Shown piece after piece: positions 20,041 through 27,835 of a stretch of DNA of 64,000 nt (position 1 is the stretch's first letter; every line of letters starts with the position of its first letter). Source of the DNA: Spirochaetia bacterium (GTDB lineage Bacteria; Spirochaetota; Spirochaetia; DSM-2461). Made by a program: the position numbers and the translations under genes. The notes below the pieces were generated by a model. That model saw only the letters and a program-made list of their open reading frames with translations, did no database searches and was not told the DNA's origin. Location of the stretch: NCBI GenBank assembly GCA_963668315.1, contig OY764216.1, positions 5,216,001 to 5,280,000 on the forward strand. Direction: 5' to 3'.

Positions 20041-20102
20041 CAAGATTCACCATGTTTTCAACAAGATGCTCTAAGATATAATAAAAAGTGTCATGTTAAT
20101 CT
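20041..20102 (+). promoter_or_regulatory. Promoter of the NifU-like/GH38 operon with tandem half-site motif (copy C)
   Basis: CAAGAT at 20041 and 20062; extended -10 TGTTAATCT; 45/62 ungapped identity to 6523-6584 by hand count. Confidence 0.7.
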
Positions 20103-20118
20103 AGAATCAGGAGTGACT

Positions 20119-20370
20119 ATGACTTTCGAAGAATTAGACAAGTTTACCCGGGAAAAACTACTCCCCTCCGTATCGGTGGACGGCGGTGATATTCGGGCCG
20201 AAAAAGTGGAGGAGGACAGGCTGATTTTTACAGTTCACGGCGAATGCGCCCACTGCCCGGCCTGCAACGACCACTTCGGCAGCTGGATCAAGGGAAAAGT
20301 GAAGCGCCACTTCCGGGAAGAGTATTCCATCGTTATAAAGAAAAGCAAACCCTATTTCGTGGAGGACTGA
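20119..20370 (+). CDS. NifU C-terminal-like small protein
   Basis: LLPSVSVDGGDI...HGECAHCPAC; AGGAG RBS; start reassigned to ATG 20119. Confidence 0.75.
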   Translation: MTFEELDKFTREKLLPSVSVDGGDIRAEKVEEDRLIFTVHGECAHCPACNDHFGSWIKGKVKRHFREEYSIVIKKSKPYFVED

Positions 20371-23300
20371 TGGCACACGTAGAGGTAGTAAGAAGGAATC
20401 TGTCCTTCCGCCAGTGGGCGGAAGTGAACAGCAGAAAATACAGAGATTTTATCATTGAAGAGTCCTACCCTATCGGGGGATGGCGTGTGCGCGAAGGGGA
20501 TTACTCCCCCGAAGGCTACGTCTGGGACGAGGATTTCCGGCCCATTCACGGCGGAGAGACCTGGGGCGGGCCGGATGTCACGGCCTGGTTCGAAGCCAGC
20601 GCCACCCTGCCGGAGGAACTGGCGGGCAGACGGGTCTACTTCAGAATGAACACCCCCACGGAAGTCATGGTTTCGGCGAACGGCGCCTGGCTGGGAGGAC
20701 TCGACCCCAACCGCTTCCTTTTCAAGCTGGAGGATAAGGCTCCGGCGGAGAAATCCTGGGACTTTGTGATGGAAGCCTATACCCGTTCCAAACCGGATGA
20801 CGACCGCAACCCCATCATAGCCCGGGCCCGGGGATGCATCCAGGAATTCGACCAGCCCTCCTTCGTCATCGTAAATGATGAGGTCCAGAGTCTGGTTTAC
20901 GACCTGGATGTTCTTCTCATGACCGCCTACGGCCCCTCCATAGATGAGGACGTCAGGGACTATCTGGAGGGAAAAATCCGCCGGATGATGCCCCTCTTCC
21001 CGCCTCACGACGCCCCCAGATCGGCCTACATGAAGGCCCTCCCGGCCATACGCGACTTCCTGAAAACCGAGGTATACGAAGCGGACCATCCCTTCGCCAA
21101 AACGGGGCGGCTCGCCTGCGTGGCCCACTCCCATCTGGATATCGCCTACTACTGGCGGGCCAAGCAGACGGTGCAGAAAAACGCCCGGACCGTCCTCATC
21201 CAGCTCAAACTGATGGAGGAGTACCCCGAATTCACCTACGCCCATACCCAGGCCTGGACCTACGAAACCCTGGAAAAGCACTACCCCGACCTCTTCGCCG
21301 CCCTGAAGCAGAAGGTGGCCGAAGGGCAGTGGGAAATCACCGGCGGCATGTACGTGGAGCCCGACTGCAACGTGGTCTCCTCCGAATCGCTCATCCGCCA
21401 GATCCTCTTCGGCAAGAAATACTTCTCCGGGAAATTCGGCGTTGACGTGGACAACTGCTGGCTGCCCGATGTTTTCGGAAATTCCCAGGTTCTGCCCCAG
21501 ATCCTCAAAAAAAGCGGCATCCCCTACTTCGTCTCCAACAAGATGTCCACCTGGAACGATACCAACCGCTTTCCCCACAACCACTTTATCTGGCGGGGCG
21601 TGGACGGATCGGAAGTGTATGCCTGTGTTCCCCCGGTCCATTTCATCACCTGGATGGATCCCAACCAGGCGGCGGACCACTGGAACGCCCTGCAGGACAA
21701 GGACCTGATCGACGAATCCCTCCAGATGTACGGCTACGGAGACGGGGGCAGCGGCGCCACCGCGGAGATGCTGGAATTCTACAAGCGCCAGGAAAAACTT
21801 CCCGGAGTTCCCAGGCAAAGACTGACCACGGGCAAGGAGTTCCTTAAGAGCGCCTTCGACGGCCGGAACGACCTCCCCCGCTGGACCGGTGACCTCTATC
21901 TGGAGATGCACAGGGGAACCTTTACCAATAAGGGCATCCTCAAAAAGATGAACAGGAAAGGGGAATTCGCCCTGCAGGAAACGGAAAGTCTGGCCCTCCA
22001 GGCGTCTCTGAAGGGTTATGCCTATCCCCATGAAAAACTGGAAGAGGCCTGGAAGATTCTCCTGGTCAATCAGTTCCATGATATCCTCCCCGGCACCCAC
22101 GTCATGCTCGTTACCTCCGATACACTGGCTGAGTATGAAAAAATGTTCCGGATGATTGACGAGATCCGCTCGGAAACATCGGAGTATCTGACCGACAAGG
22201 CGGAGGGCCAAGCCTGCGTCTTCAACCCCTACTCCTGGCCGCGGAAAACCCTCGTCTCCCTGCCGGATGAACTAACCGAAACCGAAACGGCCGGTTCCCA
22301 GCTGTTCCTGAATCCCGACGGCACTTCGGTCAGAAAAAAAATCTGTGAACTGGAACCCTTCGGAACGTTCTCCTTTGACACAGCCCCTTCGGAATCATCC
22401 GATGCCGTCGCAGGCCTCACCGCCTCTCCGGATAAACTGGAAAGTCCCTTCTATAGAATAGAGATAGACGAAAGAGGGCGCATTACCGATATTTTCGACA
22501 AAGAACTGAACCGCAATCTGGGAGGCAAAGACCTTCCCCTGAACGAATGGCAGGTCTTCGAGGACGCTCCCGGACGGTACAACGCCTGGGATATTGTGGA
22601 CCGCTTCGAAGACAAACCCCAGGAACTGGGCGACTGGACGAACATCACCGTAATCGAGCAGGGCCCCCTCAGTGCGGCCCTCCGCATGGAAAGGACCTTT
22701 CTGAACAGCAGCGCCGTGCAGATCATCCGGGTTTACCGGGATCATAAGCGGATCGACTTTCAGACCCGGGTGGACTGGGACGAAAGGGAAAGGCTCCTCA
22801 AAGTCGCCTTCCCGACCAACCTCCACTCTCCCCGCTACAGCTGCGACAACACCGGCGGCGTGACGGAGTATGAAAACCATCGGAACACAAGCTGGCAGCA
22901 GGCCCGTTTCGAAGTGCCCTTTCACAAATGGGTGGATATCTCCGAAGGCTGTTTCGGCGTTTCCCTGTTGAGCGACTGCAAGTACGGCTGCGACGTCAAG
23001 GACGGACAGCTGCGCATGAGCCTCCTCAGGGGAAGCATCCGGCCCGACCTGTACAGCGACTGGGGCGTCCATGAGTTCACCTATGCCCTGACGACCCACG
23101 GAGGGCAGTGGCAGAACTCCCGTCTTCTGGACGAGGCCTATGACCTGAATACCCCCCTGACCGCCCTGGCGGGCAGAAAGGTTAAGGGTCAAGCCGCTCC
23201 CCTGCTGGAGATCAACGGTACAGACGGCCGCTCCTGCTCCGTCAAAGGCCAGGCCCTGAAAGCGGCGGAGGACGGCTCGGGGGATTTGATCTTCCGGGCG

Positions 23301-23474
23301 GTGGAGTACTCGGGTACGAGAACCAGTGTCGAAGTAAACCTGAACACACCGGTCAAGGAGTGTTTTCTCTGTAATATGCTTGAGAAAAAAGAGCTTTCCC
23401 TCCCCCTGGAGAAGGGAAAAATCACCCTGAATTTCAAGCCCTACGAAATACTGACTTTACGCTTTTCCCGCTGA
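20370..23474 (+). CDS. GH38 alpha-mannosidase
   Basis: HSHLDIAYYW, GGMYVEPD, WLPDVFG, GYGDGG, LYLEMHRGT, NQFHDILPG; TGATG overlap with the upstream gene. Confidence 0.93.
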   Translation: MAHVEVVRRNLSFRQWAEVNSRKYRDFIIEESYPIGGWRVREGDYSPEGYVWDEDFRPIHGGETWGGPDVTAWFEASATLPEELAGRRVYFRMNTPTEVMVSANGAWLGGLDPNRFLFKLEDKAPAEKSWDFVMEAYTRSKPDDDRNPIIARARGCIQEFDQPSFVIVNDEVQSLVYDLDVLLMTAYGPSIDEDVRDYLEGKIRRMMPLFPPHDAPRSAYMKALPAIRDFLKTEVYEADHPFAKTGRLACVAHSHLDIAYYWRAKQTVQKNARTVLIQLKLMEEYPEFTYAHTQAWTYETLEKHYPDLFAALKQKVAEGQWEITGGMYVEPDCNVVSSESLIRQILFGKKYFSGKFGVDVDNCWLPDVFGNSQVLPQILKKSGIPYFVSNKMSTWNDTNRFPHNHFIWRGVDGSEVYACVPPVHFITWMDPNQAADHWNALQDKDLIDESLQMYGYGDGGSGATAEMLEFYKRQEKLPGVPRQRLTTGKEFLKSAFDGRNDLPRWTGDLYLEMHRGTFTNKGILKKMNRKGEFALQETESLALQASLKGYAYPHEKLEEAWKILLVNQFHDILPGTHVMLVTSDTLAEYEKMFRMIDEIRSETSEYLTDKAEGQACVFNPYSWPRKTLVSLPDELTETETAGSQLFLNPDGTSVRKKICELEPFGTFSFDTAPSESSDAVAGLTASPDKLESPFYRIEIDERGRITDIFDKELNRNLGGKDLPLNEWQVFEDAPGRYNAWDIVDRFEDKPQELGDWTNITVIEQGPLSAALRMERTFLNSSAVQIIRVYRDHKRIDFQTRVDWDERERLLKVAFPTNLHSPRYSCDNTGGVTEYENHRNTSWQQARFEVPFHKWVDISEGCFGVSLLSDCKYGCDVKDGQLRMSLLRGSIRPDLYSDWGVHEFTYALTTHGGQWQNSRLLDEAYDLNTPLTALAGRKVKGQAAPLLEINGTDGRSCSVKGQALKAAEDGSGDLIFRAVEYSGTRTSVEVNLNTPVKECFLCNMLEKKELSLPLEKGKITLNFKPYEILTLRFSR

Positions 23475-23476
23475 TA

Positions 23477-23547
23477 TTTTCTGACCCGGTCCTATAAACC
23501 AGCTTTTGCAGCCCCGCAACGCATAGTTGATGGCCGGGTCGGAAAAC
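23477..23547 (+). terminator. Long imperfect hairpin after the GH38 gene
   Basis: TTTTCTGACCCGGTC...GGCCGGGTCGGAAAA arms. Confidence 0.5.
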
Positions 23548-23668
23548 CCATGTTATACTCATCAGATAAAATAAGAAAAGAGCGCCCTGAAAACCCATTT
23601 ATTGCAACAAGAAAACCTTCCTAACTTCCCAAAACCATTAGGATAAGTACCGCTCTAGAAGAGGCTTA

Positions 23669-26089
23669 TTGATGAAGTATAAAGATTTAATCGACAAGAT
23701 GACCCTGGAAGAGAAGGCGTCTCTCATGTCGGGAAAAGATTTCTGGCAGTCCCAGGATATTGAGCGGCTGGGAATCCCCAGCATGTTTCTTTCCGACGGC
23801 CCCCACGGAATCAGAAAGCAGGCCGAAGCAGCGGACCATCTGGGCCTGAACGCCAGTATTCCCGCCACCTGCTTCCCCACGGCCGCGGCCATCGCCAACA
23901 GCTGGAATGAAGAGCTGGGAGAGAAGGTGGGAGACTGCCTGGGAGAGGAAGCGGTCGCCCAGAAAGTGAATGTCCTCCTGGGGCCGGGAATCAACATCAA
24001 AAGGAATCCCTTCTGCGGAAGAAACTTCGAATACTTTTCCGAAGACCCCTATCTGACGGGAAAAATGGCTTCCGCCTACATCCGGGGTATACAGTCCCGG
24101 GGGATTTCGGCCTGTGTGAAGCATTTCTGCGCCAACAACCAGGAAATGAACCGTATGACCATTGATACCCTGGTGGATGAGAGAACCCTGCGGGAAATCT
24201 ATCTGACCGGTTTTGAAATGGCGATTAAAGAGGGGGGCAGCCGGTCCCTCATGTCCTCCTACAACAGGCTCAACGGCACCTATACGAACGAGAATCTCCA
24301 CGTCATGAAAGAGATCCTCCGTGACGAATGGGGCTTTGACGGCTGCGTCATCACCGACTGGGGCGGCGGCAATGACCGGGTGGAAGGTCTCAAGGCGGGC
24401 AATGAACTGGAAATGCCCACCAATAACGGAGAAACGGACAGGGAAATCATCGCCGCGGTAAAAGAGGGACGGCTGAACGAATCGGTACTGAATGAAAATG
24501 TCGACCGGCTCCTGAATCTTATCTTCACCACCGAAGAGGTCTACAAAGAGACCCGCCCCGACTTTGACCGGGACAAGCATCATGAAGCGGCCCGCCGGGC
24601 GGCGGAAGAATCTATCGTCCTTCTGAAAAACGAGGATGCCGTTCTCCCCCTGAGCAAGGAAAAAACCGTGGCGGTAATCGGCGATTTCGCCGAAAAACCC
24701 CGCTATCAGGGGGCCGGTTCTTCCGTGGTCAACCCCACGAAGCTCGACAATACCCTTGAATGCCTGAAAGACTCAGGCCTGACAAGCATCGGTTACGAGA
24801 AGGGATTCGACAGATACGGCAAGAAAAACCTGTCCCTTCTAAAGAAGGCCTGTGCTCTGGCCAAAACGGCCGATGTGGTCCTCCTCTACCTCGGACTCGA
24901 CGAAGTCACCGAAGCGGAAGGTATGGACAGGACGGATATGTCCCTTCCCGCCAATCAGATTGAGCTTCTCGCATCCCTCTACGAATTCAACAGGAATATC
25001 ATTGTCGTTCTCTCCTGCGGATCATCCATTGAAATGCCCTGGATAGGAAAGGCCAAGGGCCTTGTCCACGCCTACCTGAGCGGTCAGGCCGGAGCGGGCG
25101 CCATCATCAATATCCTCACCGGAGCGGCCAATCCCTCGGGAAAGCTGGCCGAATCCTACCCCTTCCGCTACGGGGACACCCCCTCGGCGGCCAACTTCCC
25201 CGGCCTGGAAGTGAGCGTCGAATACCGGGAAGGCCCCTATGTGGGTTACCGCTACTTCGATACGGTCGGCAAGGACGTGCTCTTCCCCTTCGGATACGGT
25301 CTGAGCTATACGGAATTTGCCTATTCCGATCTCAGGATCGACGACAGGGGCGCTACCGTAAAAATCACCAATACCGGTTCTGTTGCCGGTAAGGAGGTCG
25401 TACAGCTTTACGTCGGCCTGGAAGGAGGAAAGGTCTTCCGCCCCGGCAAGGAACTGAAAGGCTTCGCGAAGGTCTCCCTGGAATCGGGAGAGAGCTGTGA
25501 TGCGGCCCTGCCCTTTGACGACAAAACTTTCCGCTACTTCAATGTGAAAACAGACAAATGGGAAATAGAAGAAGGGAACTATACCATTTCGATCGGAGCC
25601 TCCAGCGCCGATATCAGACTGACCGGAACCCTTGCGGTGAAGGGTACGGAAGCCCCTCTCCCCTATGAAGCGGAGGCTCTTCCCTCCTACTTTTCCGGAG
25701 AAGCGTCCGCGGTCGGCAGGGAAGAGTTTGAAACCCTTCTGGGATTCAAGGCTCCCGACCCCCTGTGGGACAGATCGGTCCCCCTGGGATTCAACGATAC
25801 GGTGGCCCAATGCGCCTATGCCAAAGGCGGATTCGCCCGTTTCGCCTTCGCCCTGATCCGATTCGGACACTGGTTCCTCAGGAAAATAGGACAGAGAGAG
25901 GCGGCGAACACCATCAAAATGTTCATCTGGCATATGCCTTTCCGGGGAATGTCCCGGATGAGCGGCGGAGCCATAAACCGCCCCATGCTCGACGGTCTGC
26001 TGACTATTGTAAATGGACACTTTTTCAAAGGTTTGGGAAAAACCTTGAAAGAGTTGAGAATCATGTTGAAAAATAATAAAAGAGGATAG
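23669..26089 (+). CDS. GH3 beta-glucosidase-like protein, cytoplasmic, with amphipathic C-terminal extension
   Basis: SDGPHG, GRNFEYFSEDP, KHF, nucleophile ITDWGG, FPFGYGLSYT, FnIII-like domain. Confidence 0.93.
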   Translation: MMKYKDLIDKMTLEEKASLMSGKDFWQSQDIERLGIPSMFLSDGPHGIRKQAEAADHLGLNASIPATCFPTAAAIANSWNEELGEKVGDCLGEEAVAQKVNVLLGPGINIKRNPFCGRNFEYFSEDPYLTGKMASAYIRGIQSRGISACVKHFCANNQEMNRMTIDTLVDERTLREIYLTGFEMAIKEGGSRSLMSSYNRLNGTYTNENLHVMKEILRDEWGFDGCVITDWGGGNDRVEGLKAGNELEMPTNNGETDREIIAAVKEGRLNESVLNENVDRLLNLIFTTEEVYKETRPDFDRDKHHEAARRAAEESIVLLKNEDAVLPLSKEKTVAVIGDFAEKPRYQGAGSSVVNPTKLDNTLECLKDSGLTSIGYEKGFDRYGKKNLSLLKKACALAKTADVVLLYLGLDEVTEAEGMDRTDMSLPANQIELLASLYEFNRNIIVVLSCGSSIEMPWIGKAKGLVHAYLSGQAGAGAIINILTGAANPSGKLAESYPFRYGDTPSAANFPGLEVSVEYREGPYVGYRYFDTVGKDVLFPFGYGLSYTEFAYSDLRIDDRGATVKITNTGSVAGKEVVQLYVGLEGGKVFRPGKELKGFAKVSLESGESCDAALPFDDKTFRYFNVKTDKWEIEEGNYTISIGASSADIRLTGTLAVKGTEAPLPYEAEALPSYFSGEASAVGREEFETLLGFKAPDPLWDRSVPLGFNDTVAQCAYAKGGFARFAFALIRFGHWFLRKIGQREAANTIKMFIWHMPFRGMSRMSGGAINRPMLDGLLTIVNGHFFKGLGKTLKELRIMLKNNKRG

Positions 26090-26090
26090 A

Positions 26091-26723
26091 ATGAGCGATA
26101 TGACAGCTGAAAAAAAACCTTTCTTCGGAAAGATAGTGGAAAGCTGGAAACATTTTGAGGAAAAGCATCCCAATGTCACCCAGTTTCTTGTCTTTTTCAT
26201 TCTGAGCAACGGTGTAACCCTGCTCCAGATGATAATGATGCCCGTACTCAAGCGGATATTCCTTCATACGGCCCTGATCCATACAAGTTTTCAGGTCATG
26301 CAGATAGGACATAACCTTGACGGCTCGGCCTACTACGTATTCAATTATGCGGCGGGAGCCCTGGGCGACGGGGGCGGCGGCGGACTGGCCTACTTCCTGG
26401 CCGTTCAGATCACCATAGCCATAGCCCAGGTGATCAACTTTTTCGCCCAGAGAAATATTACGTTCAAGTCCAACGGAAATCCATGGAAAGCGGCTTTCTG
26501 GTATCTTATCGCCTATATTTTCATCTCAATTGGCGCAGCGGCCCTTCAGGGTGTATACAAAGTACCCATTTACAATCTATTAATGAACCGGTGGGGCATG
26601 GGTGCCACGGGTGAAACAATAGCCGATTTTATAACGATGATAATCAACTCGGCCGTTTCCTTCTGGGTATTCTTCCCTATTTTTAAAATAATATTCAGAA
26701 GTACTCCCGAGGAGGGTAAGTAA
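26091..26723 (+). CDS. GtrA-like membrane protein
   Basis: About four hydrophobic segments; QFLVFFILSNGVTLLQ, INFFAQRNITFKS, FPIFKIIF. Confidence 0.65.
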   Translation: MSDMTAEKKPFFGKIVESWKHFEEKHPNVTQFLVFFILSNGVTLLQMIMMPVLKRIFLHTALIHTSFQVMQIGHNLDGSAYYVFNYAAGALGDGGGGGLAYFLAVQITIAIAQVINFFAQRNITFKSNGNPWKAAFWYLIAYIFISIGAAALQGVYKVPIYNLLMNRWGMGATGETIADFITMIINSAVSFWVFFPIFKIIFRSTPEEGK

Positions 26724-26729
26724 ATATTT

Positions 26730-27749
26730 ATGAAACTTCTTTCTGTCATCGTTCCCAGCTATAATTCGGAAGATTATCTGGGGAACTGCCTGGATTCGCT
26801 TTTGGCCCTGTCGGAAGAAACGCTGGAGATTCTCATCATCAATGACGGATCCCGCGACAGAACGGCGGAAATCGCCGAATCCTATGCCCGTGACTACCCC
26901 GAAACTGTCAGAGCCGTCCATCAGGATAACAAAGGCCACGGCGGAGCGGTGAACACGGGCATCGAAAAGGCGACCGGCCTCTACGTTAAAGTAGTGGACA
27001 GCGACGACTGGGTGGACAGAGAGGCGTTTGAGCAGGTATTGAATACCCTTAAGACTTTTGTTACCGACAATTCACCGGTAGATCTGCTGATAAGCAATTT
27101 CGTCTACGAGAAGGAAGGGGCCAGGAGAAAAAAAACCGTCAGCTTCGCCAATGTACTCCCCCAGGGTGGAATTTTCACCTGGGACGACATCGGAGCCTTC
27201 AGGCGGGGACAGTATCTTCTCATGCATGCCCTGATCTACCGGAGAAAAACTCTCCTGGAATCGGGTATGGTCCTGCCGGAGCATACCTTCTACGTGGACA
27301 ACCTTTTTGCCTACCTCCCTCTGGACTTTGTGGAAACCCTTTACTACCTGAACGTGGACTTCTACAGGTATTACATAGGCAGAACAGACCAGTCGGTAAA
27401 CGAAGCGGTCATGATTAAAAGGATAGATCAGCAGCTTGCGGTCAACCGCATCATGATCAACGAAAGACCCCTCAGCCACAAGAGAAATATCAATCTTCAG
27501 CGCTATATGCTTCATTATCTTGAGATCATAACCACCGTTTCCAGCATTCTCCTCATCCGGGCGAAAACACCGGAGTGCATGGAGAAAAAACGGGAATTGT
27601 GGGCTTCGATCAAGGAAAGGGACCGGGCACTTTACCGGCAGCTCCGTTTCGGGCTTCTGGGACATATCGTCAACCTCCCCGGAAGGATAGGCCGCAAAGT
27701 ATCCATTGAGCTGTACCGGCTTTCGCAAAAAGCCATAGGATTCAACTGA
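26730..27749 (+). CDS. GT2 glycosyltransferase (soluble)
   Basis: SVIVPSYNS, INDGSRD, NKGHGGAVNTG, VDSDDW. Confidence 0.92.
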   Translation: MKLLSVIVPSYNSEDYLGNCLDSLLALSEETLEILIINDGSRDRTAEIAESYARDYPETVRAVHQDNKGHGGAVNTGIEKATGLYVKVVDSDDWVDREAFEQVLNTLKTFVTDNSPVDLLISNFVYEKEGARRKKTVSFANVLPQGGIFTWDDIGAFRRGQYLLMHALIYRRKTLLESGMVLPEHTFYVDNLFAYLPLDFVETLYYLNVDFYRYYIGRTDQSVNEAVMIKRIDQQLAVNRIMINERPLSHKRNINLQRYMLHYLEIITTVSSILLIRAKTPECMEKKRELWASIKERDRALYRQLRFGLLGHIVNLPGRIGRKVSIELYRLSQKAIGFN

Positions 27750-27835
27750 GAGAAGAATTCTCTCGAAAAGAAAAATAGAAAACCGACTTAGCCTAAACTT
27801 TAAAAATAGAACTCAAAAAACAAGGAGATTAACAC

